Positions 25,470 to 38,189 of a stretch of DNA of 64,000 bases are shown here, one piece after another (position 1 is the stretch's first letter; each line of letters opens with the position of its first letter). This stretch comes from Antedon mediterranea (lineage: Eukaryota > Animalia > Echinodermata). The notes under the pieces were generated by a model, which worked only from the letters and a program-made list of their open reading frames with translations, searched no databases and was not told where the DNA came from. The stretch covers positions 18,476,001-18,540,000 of the forward strand of contig NC_092671.1 of NCBI RefSeq assembly GCF_964355755.1, written 5' to 3'. The translations under genes and the position numbers were made by a program.

Positions 25470-27742
25470 ACTGTGGGTATCAGTGGCTGGATCTCAATGG
25501 AGATACAAAAATAAAAAGCGAAAAGCTAAATCAAAACGATAAAGTAAACAGCCAGAAAAGTTAGCAGAGCTTTCGGGCAACACTAGCCCTTCATCAGTGC
25601 AAGTGAAGGAATTTGGATAACGTCATAGTATAAAGCTGGCAAGTGCTGCCTGGGTGGACAGGAATAAAAGAAATATAACAAAGGGAGCCAGGATGGAGTC
25701 TGAATAAGAGTAGAAAACAAAGAAGGTAGCTTGGTAGAGATATAAACAATTATATATATGTATATATAATTTGCAGATGATGGCATGCGTTCTCGTTGGA
25801 ACGCTGTCCTTTACAAAAATGCTTGTCAACTTAATGAGATCCAAATTGGCAATTGCCGCAAAATCCTCACTGAGTTTGACGTTGAAATTCACTCTAGAAC
25901 TAAGAAAGTGAAAAGAGAAATTCTTGCATCCGAGTTTCAAAACAAACTCGGGATTATCGCCACTGATTGTCGTACGCAATCAACGGTAATGGCCCGAAGT
26001 GGACATCACAACTTTGGTCTACCTGCAGACTTTGTTATTTCAACACAAATGACTCTACATTCGGATGATTTCAGGGCTTTTAGGAAACCCTGCAGAAGGT
26101 TCGTTCGGACCTATAACAAGAATCAGAGCAACACCTCTGATTCAGTTGTTGAAATTAATTGTCGACTTTCCGAAGAAGAGAAAAAACTTCTTTCCCGAGG
26201 ACTTAAATTCTGCCTAAAACCAAGGCAGGTCGGCGCACAACTATCTTTGGATATGGAGTCTTTCTACAGAAGATTACGATTATTATTACAGCAGCACCAA
26301 GCAAAACGAAGGCAACGTTAGCAAATTTAAACCAACAAGTTCATGGAATCCACCTAATCGTTGTCCAGCTTTATAAACATTTAATCAGGCTATTGAGGAG
26401 GATGTACAAAACTACGTCCCGAGTCCAGATAAACATGACAATCTCTCAAAACAAGAGAGGCAGGCCATTGCCAAATTGCATCAGCGTAATGATATCATCA
26501 TTAAACCCGCTGATAAAGGTTCTGCCACTGTTGCTATGGACATCACATTTTATGAAGAGCAGTCTTTAAGACAATCCTTCTTCATTATCGTAAACTTACA
26601 ACGGATCCCACCCCGGAAATTGCGGATAATGTGGCCAAATCTGTTTCTGTGATGATAAAAAAAACACTCCATTGATCCTAAGAATGGACCTCATTTGGCA
26701 CAGGTTAATACAGTTCAAAGCAGATTTTATTTCCTATATAAAATCCACAAAGCAGGCAGTCCTGGTAGACCCATTATTTCAGGCAATAGCACTGCTACAG
26801 AGAAAATTCTGAATATGTGGATGATTTACTCAGACCATACTTTCAGGATTCCACGGACTTAATCCGCAAAATTAACCAAATTCAAAATTTACCAAATAAT
26901 TCTGTTCTGGCTACATTAGATGTGTCATCATTGTATACTAATATCCCTCACGAAGAAGGAGACGACGCATGTATTTTAAATTACAAACATATTCCAGGCA
27001 AAACGCCTATTAAAGGTCATTTACGAGAACTGGTAATGTTGATTTTAACAACAACAATTTTATTTTTGGAAATGACCATTACCTTCAAATTCATGGCACA
27101 GCGATGGGCACAAAAATGGCGCCATCTTCTTCAAATTTATCTATGGGACAATTTGAGGCCAAATCTGTTCTTCAGATTTAGATTTTCAGAATCGTACCGA
27201 AGAACTAACCGGACATCTCCGGAATATAAATTACAAGAAGGAATACATCGAAACTGCTATAAAGAAAGCAAAAGATATTCCTCGATGTCAAACACTGACG
27301 TACAAACCACGTCAGCCAAATTCGACCAGAGTGCCATTGGTCACAACCTATCAACCTAGGTTGTCTCTATTACGGGCTATTATTGAGAAACATATGCCCA
27401 TTCTACAGTCCACAGAAAGTCTCAGGACTGTTTTTCCGCAACCACCCATTATTGCATTTCGTAGACCTCCCAACCTTAGTGATATATTAGTCAGATTCAA
27501 AATTAAGAGTGATATTAACTCTCATGACAGCCAAAATTTGGGCAGTCACCTTTGCGGAAAATCTTGCAAAACATGTTCATTGGTTGATTCTACTGAAAAA
27601 TTTAACCAAACTGGCCGCATATTTTGGATAAGACAATCAATTAATTGTCTAACCAATTCATTTATCTCATATACTGTAATATTTGTGGCAAACAGTACGT
27701 CGGGGAAACAAAAAGCACTCTCCGTATGAGAATGACACAACA
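25470..27742 (+). mobile_element. Second, deleted Penelope-like copy preceded by an inverted pLTR
   Basis: High similarity to 5300-7590 with an internal deletion; 25470-25750 is the reverse-complement pLTR. Confidence 0.92.
25564..25600 (-). ncRNA. Minimal type I hammerhead ribozyme, intact consensus copy
   Basis: GCA CUGAUGA A GGGC uaguguu GCCC GAAA GCUC UGC: stem I GCA/UGC, stem II GGGC/GCCC, self-complementary AGCU in place of stem III. Confidence 0.85.
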
Positions 27743-27751
27743 GCTATCAAA

Positions 27752-27970
27752 TGTGGTCTAGTGGTATGATACTCGCCCTGTAAGCAAGAGGTTGCAGGTT
27801 CGAATCCCGCCAGAGACATTTTTCATACAAAAAAAACCCAAAAATTTCACCAATAAGCTATGCTCGACGCGATTATGAGATCATGTTCCGAATATGAGCA
27901 CTGTTTCTATAATTTACAGCATGATTTTTATAATTTACACAGTGCTACGCAACACAATTGATTTATATAT
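27752..27970 (+). mobile_element. tRNA-derived SINE (5'-clipped tRNA-Thr-like head plus body)
   Basis: A box TGGTCTAGTGG, B box GGTTCGAATCC, anticodon arm with TGT; acceptor stem does not pair; body also present twice in the palindrome. Confidence 0.75.
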
Positions 27971-28082
27971 ATACAACAAAATAAATGCTAGGGCCTACAA
28001 GGGCCTACATGCAAGTTAGGATACATCAAAGCATGAACCAATACAAAAAACACACAAATTTACCCCTCTTTTTTTTAAGAAG

Positions 28083-28886
28083 AATAATTAACGCTGCAGC
28101 ATCCAGCGATATTGAAGTAGCCGAACGTCGAGCAGAAATTGCCGACAGTGGACCCAACATCACCGACATTGCAGTGGTCGAAAGTGGACCCAACGTCACT
28201 GATATTTCAGCTGCCGAAAGTGGACCCGACGTCACTGATATTTCAGCGGCCGAAAGTGGGACCGATGTTACCGACATTGCAGCAGCCGAAAGTGTACCCA
28301 CCACCGAAATTCAACCTGGTAAGATTTTATTATATTATATATAACATGTGTTATTTCATAAATTTCCATTCTTTCCTTAATCTTTTTTTTTATAAATAAT
28401 CTCAATAGTGTTGACATTGCAGTGACCGGATATCAAGTCGCAGTGGAGTCGTTGGACAGAAGGCTACGACAACCGCAACGTGTGATACACGTCAGAGGTA
28501 GCTTGAAGAAGTTAACGGATTACTGCGGTGGTGTACAAAAAGGAACCAGGCAGGTGACGTATACAGGAAAGGCAAAGGCACTCAAATATACAAATGCATT
28601 CAGAGCAATGGTGACATCAATGACTCTAGTCAAGGCAAATAAGCACGAACTTTGTGTGCTGCTTTTTTGTGCAAACGACGACGGTCAGAAATACGTCGTC
28701 GTTTGTACAGTGACAGAGGCGTCTCGACCGGATAGCGAAACTGCCATTTTACGCCGTGGAAGAAGATGCACACGTGCTCTACTTTTTTTTCGTAACAAGG
28801 AGAAACGATGCTACAGCTGTGGCGATATGACACAATGCACCCAAAAGGTGCGCTATCAACACCAACGCCAGAGGATAGGGCATTAG
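28083..28886 (+). other. Two splice-compatible exons of an unidentified gene (10-aa repeats, then a basic/Cys region)
   Basis: Exon ends CCTG|gtaag at 28318; intron ends ttgcag at 28422; frames join; four to five 30-bp repeats encode AESGPDVTDI-like units. Confidence 0.45.
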
Positions 28887-29446
28887 CTCCTACGACCATC
28901 GCCTCAATCAACAACGACGCAAGTAATCACACTAAAAAATACAAAGAGAACAGCCTGTTAAGAAAAGCAAAACAAATATCGCCTTCTACAACAGAACGAA
29001 CAAAAAAAAAGCAGGAAATTTAGAAAGCACTGATTTGTTGGACTTTTTACTGTAATCAATTTTATACTAACTTTTGATACTATTTTTGTACATATTATAT
29101 ATGTTTTAGTTTTATATTTTGGTGACATTAAAACTGTTTCCTTTTATTTCAATTGTCTGAATGATGTTGATGATGATGGTGATGGTGATGATGATGACAA
29201 CGCAAAACGACGACAGAATGAAATATTATTGGAAATAATACAGGGCGCTCTGGTCAGGAAACCAAGGTGACAGGCCAAACTAAGCTCTGAGTAAAATAGT
29301 TATTTTTACACCATATTTCACGGTAAAACAAGGATTAAGTAAGTAATCCTGATTTACTTAAGGATTCTTAACAAAAAGACGTTTGTCGTTTGGTATAAAT
29401 TACGATAATATACTCAAGTTTAGCGTGTAAAATCCAACGTAGCTTA

Positions 29447-30550
29447 ATGGCTACATATCAACCGAAATCTCCCGCCGCTTCTACAGAGTCAGCGGGTGCT
29501 ACAAGCAACCGAGTAAACAAAGCCGGTATGCAAACAACGCAACAACAAGGAGGTGTGAAGCCGGTGTTTTTAAAAGCAGACCAAATTCCAACCGATAAAT
29601 CGTTCTTTAGAGATGAAGATCTATGCATTACATTAACAAAAATTATACCCGCCGATCACATCGTAGGTGTTCAGAAAATCCGGAATCTCTGGAGAATCTA
29701 TGTCAATGATAGGAAAGACAGAGTGCAACTAATAACGAACGGTATTAACATAAGAAATTGTAATGTCACAGTGTTCGACATTAATCCATATCTTGCATAT
29801 AACAAAACGGACAGTACGAGAATCCTCATTAAAGATATTCCGTTGTCTGTAGCGGACTCCGAGATAGCAAACCGGTTAAAAGCATTGGGTTGCAAACCAG
29901 TAAGTGATATAATGAGGCAAAAAATCAGAGTCAACGGACAACTGACAAGTTGGCTTAATGGTGATAGGGCTGTCTTTGTTGAAAAAATGTCATCCCCCAT
30001 ACCTAGGCAAATCGTTCTAAATGGTTTCAAAGCTCGTGTGTTTCACGAAGGACAAGAGATCAAATGTAACAAATGCTTGAAAAATGGACACGAAGCTTAT
30101 CAATGTAAGGCTAATAGAGTATGCTTTAAATGTCACCAAGAAGGTCATACTATGAGCACTTGCAACAATGAAATAGGCCAACAGCAAATATCAGCCAACT
30201 CAATGGGATCAACAGGGGCATATATTAACCGTATGTGGGAATCATTTGTGCACACTCCAATACCAAAACAAATAACAGATAAAGACTTAAAGATAACAGG
30301 TAAAGATAAATCACATGATAATGCAAACCCAAATTCAGACACAGAAGTAGATATTGATGAAGTGTTCAGCTCACAAGATACTGCAGATGACAGCAGCGGA
30401 AGTGAATCTGATGAAGAACAAGAACATGTAAAAGACAAAGATAAAATAATTTTGGACAGTGAGGAAAAGACCATTAGTGAAGCAAGTGAAAGCAAAGAAC
30501 AGAAGAAGGTAACAGATTTTTGTTTCTTCCACTCAAAACTCAAAAAGTAA
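29447..30550 (+). CDS. Tx1 ORF1 (gag-like, two CCHC zinc knuckles)
   Basis: CNKCLKNGHEAYQC and CFKCHQEGHTMSTC; acidic C-terminal region. Confidence 0.88.
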   Translation: MATYQPKSPAASTESAGATSNRVNKAGMQTTQQQGGVKPVFLKADQIPTDKSFFRDEDLCITLTKIIPADHIVGVQKIRNLWRIYVNDRKDRVQLITNGINIRNCNVTVFDINPYLAYNKTDSTRILIKDIPLSVADSEIANRLKALGCKPVSDIMRQKIRVNGQLTSWLNGDRAVFVEKMSSPIPRQIVLNGFKARVFHEGQEIKCNKCLKNGHEAYQCKANRVCFKCHQEGHTMSTCNNEIGQQQISANSMGSTGAYINRMWESFVHTPIPKQITDKDLKITGKDKSHDNANPNSDTEVDIDEVFSSQDTADDSSGSESDEEQEHVKDKDKIILDSEEKTISEASESKEQKKVTDFCFFHSKLKK

Positions 30551-30799
30551 CAATGAAAGGAAAGGGGCTACCACTGATGAAAGTAGAACTGAAAAAGATT
30601 TAAAGGAAACATCACCAGAAAATCCACCACAGAAAACCCAAAAAAAAATCACCTAAGGAAAAGGGTTACAAGGAAGTAAGTTGCAGAACTACTGTATCAT
30701 ACTGTGCAATATGACTTCAAATGTTTATTATTACAATTTAGTTTTTTTATTTAAGATAAATTATAAGGTTTATAAAATGTTTTTATATTTAATAATCAT

Positions 30800-33700
30800 A
30801 TGACACCAAACATACACCTTTTATCATTAAATGTTAGAGGATTTAGAGAAAAACAAAAACAAATTAGTATTTTTAAATGGGTCAAAGACAACAAAGCAGA
30901 TATCATCTTCATTCAAGAATCACATTTGACAAATGATAAAACCCAGTCACTGAATGATATATGGCAAGGTGATTCCTACCACTGCTTTGGCTCATCACAC
31001 AGTAGAGGAACATCCATATTTATTGCTAGTAAAATTCACCACAGGGTAACAAAACAATACAAAGATATTAATGGTAGATTTTTACTTCTAAGAGTTGAAA
31101 TAGATGACAACTATTTCATTCTTGTTAATTCATATGCCCCAAATTATGTAAAAGATCGATGTTCTTACTTTAGGACTTTACATAAAACAATTATTGACTT
31201 CAAAGAAAGCAAAAATGATAAAATAATTATAGGTGGTGACATGAATTGTGCTCTAGACAGAAAATTTGACCAAAAAGGTAGTGTCGATAGAGTAGATAAT
31301 TCTGTTTTTACAATAAAACATTTTATGAAAAATCTGAATCTTAATGACATCTGGAGAAAAAATAACCCGGATACATGTCAATTCACATGGCGAAGGAAAT
31401 CCACCCAAACGTACAGAAGGTTGGACTATTTTTTTATATCTAACGACTTATGTGAATATGTTAACACATGTGATATCAGGCCGTCAATCATGTCTGATCA
31501 CCAAGCCATATCCTTAAAAATAAGTTTAACTAATGAAGAAAGAGGCCCAGGATTATGGAAAATGAACAATTCTCACTTAGATAATGAAGATTATATAAAC
31601 AACATCAAAAACATAATTGAAAGAGCTAGATTAGAAGAACTTAACCCAAAGGATAAATGGGAAATGATTAAAGTAAAAATAAAGGAATTCTCCATAAAAT
31701 ATGGGAAAATGAAAAATAAAAATAAATGCAAAAGAAAAGAAATACTTCAACAGGAAATTGCTATCATTAATGATTTAATTATGAAAAAGGATAATACTGA
31801 TAATAATATCCAGTATGAAACAGAATTAGATAAAAAAAAGAATGAACTTGAGCAAATTTACCTATTGGAAGCTAAAGGTGCTCAAATTAGGTCAAGAGTA
31901 AAGTGGATAGAAGATGGCGAACGAAACACTAAATACTTTCTTGGTTTAGAGAAAAATAATAGTAATAAAAAACATATTAAAAAATAAAAAAAACAGGACG
32001 GATCCATTATATCAAATTCCACAGAGATATTGAAGGAAGAGGTTAATTTCTTCAAAAAAATATATCCAAAACAAGATGTTCCTTACAAATCAATTGATAA
32101 GTACCTATCTCATGTTAATTTAACTAAACTAACAGAGGCAGAACAAGAGATGTGTGAGGGTCATCTCTCTCTCTTCGAATGTGAGCAAGCAATAAAGAAA
32201 ATGAAAAAAAATAAAGCTCCAGGCAGTGACGGTTTAACAGTTTTATCAACTCTTCTGGTACCTTATCTGTGACCTTGTTTGTGATGCACTAAATTATGGT
32301 TTTGCCACACAAGAAATGTCTGTGTCACAAAGAAGGGGAATAATCAACCTTATTTACAAAAAAGGTGATCACAAAGATTTAAATAACTGGCGCCCTATCA
32401 CTTTACTCAATATTGACTACAAAAATAGCTTCTTTTGTTCTTGCAACAAGATTACATCGAGTTGCAAAGTATATAATAAACAATGACCAAAAAGGGTATG
32501 TAAAAGGTCGCTTTGGTGGTGACAATATAAGACTAATAGAGGACATAATTACTTACATGGAAAATGAACAGCTTGAAGGTATACTTATAAGTTTAGATTT
32601 CCAAAAAGCATTTGACAGTGTCAATAGATCATTTTTAATAGAAGCCTTATATAAATTCAATTTTGGTATTTCATTTGTGAACTGGGTAAAAGCACTGTAT
32701 AACAATACAAATTGTATATTCACAAATAATGGTTGGCAATCAGAAAGTTTTGCAATGCACCAAGGTATTAGACAAGGATGTCCCTTGTCTGCTCTATTGT
32801 TTATTTTAGTAGCTGAAGTCCTAGCTACAAAAATAAGAGCATGTGATATGGTCAAAGGCCTGATTGTTCCTGCAGGCAATGGTATATTTAAAAATATTAA
32901 GATTGCACAGCTAGCAGATGACACTGTGCTTTTTCTAAAGGATATAAATAGTATAGATAACAGCATAAGTATTATTGATAAGTTTGGAGAGGTTTCTGGA
33001 TTAAAATTAAATAAGAATAAAACAAATGCTTTTTGGCTTGGCAGTTTAAGAGACTGCAAGGACACACATGGTAACATTTCTTGGACATCCACACCAATTC
33101 GGATATTAGGTATCTATGTTGGACATGATAAGGAATATTGTTATCAAAAGAACTGGAAAGAAAAAATAGACGCATTAGAAAATACCCTAAAAACATGGGA
33201 GAAAAGACACTTCACTTTTTTTGGAAGAATTACTATTGTAAAAACATTAGCGCTCTCAAAAATTATATACAATTCCTGCATTTTGCTAGTACCAGAAAAA
33301 GTAATAAAAGAGGTGGATAAATTAATTTTTAAATTCATTTGGGAAACTAAGAAAGAGAAAATAAAAAGAAAAACCATGTGTGCCAATTACAGTCAAGGTG
33401 GTCTAAAAATGGTAGAATTCAGATCTCAGGTAATATCTTTCCAAGTTAAATGGTACAGGAGACTGTATGAAAACGATGATGCCAAACTGAAATATTTACC
33501 TACATTTTATATAGAAAAGATAGGCCCAAAATCATTAACCTCAAATTTATCAAAAGTTCCGTGTAATATATCCGTACCACCATTTTACCTCTCATTTATT
33601 AAGTCTATAGCAGTAGCTAATGCTTGTAATAATAGATTAAATAAGGAACCAATAAGCTATGATGACATTATTAATCAATGATTATGGGGTAATGAGTTTA

Positions 33701-34476
33701 TATGTATTAAAAAGAAGCCGTTATATAACTGTAACTGGATTAGTTCAGGGTTTTTAAAAATATATGATGTAATAAATAATAATGTGTTTAAGCCTGCGAT
33801 AGAGATAAAAAGAAGGTTAAGATGTACACAAAATTGGATCAGTGAATATTCATGTATATTGAAAGCCATTCCAAAAGAATGGAAATGTATTTTAAAATCA
33901 ACACATGACATTAATGTAAATGATATACCTATTACAAACAATAAGGTCTTAAATATGACGTCTAGACAATTATATAGATTCATAATAGATGCTCAATACA
34001 TTACACCTACGGCACAGGTTAAGTGGGAATCCATATTTGGTAATATGCCATGGACAAAAATATGGGTTAAGAAAGTTTCTGGTCTTAAAGAAAAAAAACT
34101 GGCACATTTTAATTTTAAATTGTTGCACAGAATATTGCCAACAAATGAAAGATTACATAGGTGGAGACTTGTAAATTCCCCATGTTGTGACACATGCAAT
34201 GTTATTGAGAATGATAAACATATGTTAGTAGAGTGCATAACAGTAAAATGTTTATGGAGAGAGATAAACGAAATAATTAGAGCAGTAAGCATACATATTC
34301 CTGTTTTTTCTTTCAAAAGACTTTTATTTGAAACTGACAATAATTACGTAAATAAATTATACACTTTAGGAGCATTTTGTATTTATAAAGTAAAGATATT
34401 AAGTTTATTGGAAAAAGAAAAAAAAATCAATCTCCTACAAATGTTTAAATCTGAAAAAAAGATAAGAAATATGTAA
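30800..34476 (+). pseudogene. Tx1 ORF2 (APE endonuclease, RT, zinc finger), interrupted
   Basis: SLNVRG, QESH, GGDMN, RLDY, SDH; KAPGSDGL, DFQKAFD, GIRQGCPLS, LADD; CDTC...HMLVEC; about 4 disruptions. Confidence 0.92.
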
Positions 34477-37400
34477 ATCTGCAGGTATACTGTATATGCT
34501 CAACCAGATTAAGGAAGAGAATATGTAAATGAGATACCATGAATGATGAATCTATTATGTTTTTTTTTTCTTGCTACTATATTGTATGTTTTGTAAATAT
34601 GTATACCTTGATGATTTGAAAACAAAAAGACAAAATGTGAAAAGCTTTTTATAGATTGATGATAAAAAAATGATGAAGGATAAGAAGGTTTAGGTTTAAG
34701 TGGTGAAGTGTTTTCATCAAAGCTTTCATATTATAGGTATATACCGTATATATGTAATTTGCACATTCTTACTGCATGTGGAATTTTGAAATGATAAATT
34801 GGTTAAAAAGAAAAAAAAATGTCAAATTTTTTTAATGGATCATTAAACATAAATGTTGTTAAATGATAATGTATGTATAAAAAAATAATAGAATAAATAA
34901 TAAGTAAAAAAAAATAATTGAATGAACCCACATAGGAAAAAAAAAGTTAAATGAAACTTTGATGGGTTATACTGTAGATGCAAAAAAAGGATAATCTGTT
35001 GGAAATAAATTTTGTAAACATTTAAAGATCAAAAAAATCAATGTTAACGGATGAGGAAAATATAATGTTAACAGTAAAAAGTTAGTAAGTAATTAGTATA
35101 ACAGAGAATATGCATTGTTTAAATGAAAATATGTTTGCATAGATAAATCCAAAGAAAAATAAAATGGGACAAACCCATGGGATGGATTTATTAAACATAA
35201 ACGTATTATAATTGTATGAAATAAATATGCATGTAGATGAAAAAAAAACAAAAACAACTATGTAAGAAAAAATAAGCTTTGTTAATGAAAATGTGTTATA
35301 GATAATATGTATAAAAAGAGGAAACTATGTAATCAATGTGGTTAAATGATAATGTATGTATAAACAAAATAATATATGGAAATAGTTTTTTTTTAAAGAA
35401 AATAAGTAAAAAAAAAAGTGGAATGAATCCACATAAGAGAAGAAAGTAAAAAAGTTAAATGAAAATTTAAGAAGTTATAGATGCAAAAAAAAGGATAATC
35501 TGCTGGAAATAAAAGTTTTGTAAACATTAAAGAATAAAAATATTAATATTAATGTTAAAGGATGAGAACAATATTATGTTAACAGTAAACATTTAGTAAG
35601 TAATGAGTATAACAGAGAATATGAATTGTTAAATGAAAATGTGGTAGATGAAAAAATCAAAAACAACTAGGTAAGAAAAAAATAAGCTTGTTAATGAAAA
35701 TGTGTTACAGATAATATGTTTAAAAAGAGGAAGCTATGTAATCAATGTGATAATATGTAAACAAATGAATAAAACTCTTTAAATAAGTATATGTAAACAG
35801 ATGATTAAACAAACATTGTAAATATAATGATGTGTATAGTGTATAGTGAAAAATACATGTAAAGAGAACAGTGGTATGGAAATAAAAGTGGGATGAACCC
35901 ACATAAGATAAAAAAAAAATATTATTGGAAATTAACAGGAACTTCTGCTATTTCGCACAACATCTTGCTTCGTCGATTTTTCTCGCCGTCGTCTTGTCGA
36001 TTCTGGCGTTAAAGTACAAGTTCACTATTTTTTCAGTGTCTTCCTTGCTGTAATGTTTCCTCTCCCTGGTTTTGCTGCTTAACTTTGCTTTGGCCTTTAT
36101 TGCCGATCGATCCACTGGGAGTCTTTAGATCACAACGTTTCGGCTTCTGACGATGACGGTCGCCTTTATGTTGTCTTGAAATCGCATTTCCAAGATTTGT
36201 TTTTTCCGGATTGATTCCGTGTCTTTTCATTATCATTTTTCTACGAGTGAACGCCCTCTATCACATAATCTGTCTCCTCTGAGTTTTAACAAATTTAAAA
36301 ATTTGTAAGAAAATCTACTATCCACTTCAGAATACATATTCGAAGAACTACAACAGAAGACATACACCAATTGTTTTTTTTTTCTATTTCGTGGGTATAG
36401 CCCACTTTTATTCATTATTCCGTTCCATGACAAAGATATACAAAGAGTACATTTTCAAAAAAAAAAAAATGTATGTACTATAATAATTATGGTTAAAAGA
36501 GATATTATATCCTTTTAAAACATAACATAATTGGTTATGTTGGCACATACCCTCTTTTATCGTATTGAAGTGTTGTTTTTTTCTATATTTCTTTCTTTCT
36601 TTTTCATCTTTCATTTTATAGGTAAAATACGATAAGTGTATTAAAAAAAAGTTTCTTCAGTATTCTTTAAAATGTTTCTCAATAATAGAAGAAAGAAAAA
36701 GAAAGAAAGAGAAAAGAAAAACGAGTTTTCATTTCGATTTTATGAAATGTGATTAATTAATTTCTTTTTTACATTAGCCCATTTAATGTGATCTTTATTA
36801 ACATTACAAGCATATTGATTAACTAAGTATACAGTGTCAGCTTAAAATTGAATTGTGCTAATTTTGTATTTTGTTTTATACTATATATACTATATATTTT
36901 GTTATACAATATTTCTTTCCAATCGAGATTTACATTCCTAAAATGTGTTTCCCATTTCGATTCACAAGATGGGGCAAATGAAATATTATTGAAAAGTTAT
37001 CTAATAGTAAAATGAGTTTTTACAATAAAGTTGTTGTCTCTTGAAATATATCCAAACTCTTTCGATTTCAATATGTGTAATTAATTTCTTCCACTCAGAA
37101 GAACATAAGAAACTCAATCAGACCATTTTGTTGTTTTGAAAGGTTGGGACATATACATAATTGTGTGATATGCAAGAGATATGAGGACCGTCAATCAACA
37201 GAACGCACCTTCGCCAATCCAACGTTTAAAGGCATCACCACCGTGGTCGTATATAGGTTATGATTTATTTGACCGTTTGTGATATATTTGTGAGTTACAC
37301 CAAGAGAGCCGTTCAAAGATTAGTATTGCTAGTCCCAGCAGATTATGAATTGGAGATGTAATAATAGTTTATTCATAGTTTATAAAAGTATAGTTTTAGA

Positions 37401-38189
37401 GATTTGATATTGAAATAAGTTATTATGTGTTTATTGCTTTGGTGGAGGAGTGTTTTGCTGAGCGAAATTGTTAGTGTGTCCTCAGTGTTATGTTGGAGCC
37501 GAGTCGACGAAAAGAGTTAGGATAAATAGTTGAAAGAGAACAAAGTTATATGTAATCATCCAAGATAAGATTGTTTGTTTAAGATAGTAGAGAGGCCAAA
37601 TATTAAAAAGTCCTCTATAAAAAGTTTGGGAGGCATTTTTTGTTAATAGCAGGCAACCATGTTGAATGTATCCTTTGTGGGATGACAAAAACGATAGGGG
37701 TGGATGCCATCTTCAGTTTTGGGTTTTAAGGTCAGTTTATGTGGTCAAGAGGTCAAACAAGGTCAAAATATAGGATATTTTTTTATTCACGGAAAACCAT
37801 CTACATCATCAGATCTATCCAAAAAGGTATATCTGAAGATCAACTGATGCTTCATATTATAGTAATTATGAGATAAACATTTAATTTTACACATAAAAAC
37901 ATAGGAAATTAAATATAAAAGTGTCATTTTCTCAAAATGTTGTTTTCACATATTTCTGTAAAGTACACACAGTTTTTTAATAGGCTTTTCCCAGTCTGTT
38001 GTAAATTTGTCTTTTTCATGTTGTCCACCAGTCATCGTTTGATTTTTGACGGAAAAAATAGGTCAAGTGTTATATGAAACGCCATATGATATGTGCCAAA
38101 AGATTAGTCTTTTACTATAATATTAATATTACCTATAATAATGTAATACAGTAATATTTATAAATTTGTTTTTAGAATAATTATTAATA

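Larger units (their letters stand above)
29237..35919 (+). mobile_element. Full-length L1/Tx1-clade LINE
   Basis: 13-bp TSD TATTATTGGAAAT (29224..29236 and 35920..35932), poly(A) end, ORF1 and ORF2. Confidence 0.92.

Noticed and set aside
27745-27817. Functional tRNA-Thr(UGU)
   Set aside because: Acceptor stem cannot pair, the anticodon stem is mismatched, and it is attached to a repeated body
28130-28300. CRISPR-like repeats
   Set aside because: Contiguous 30-bp coding-type tandem repeats without spacers
29698-33386. Antisense ORFs over the Tx1 ORFs (also 53766..55313 and those opposite the gene A/B exons)
   Set aside because: Shadow frames of real coding sequence
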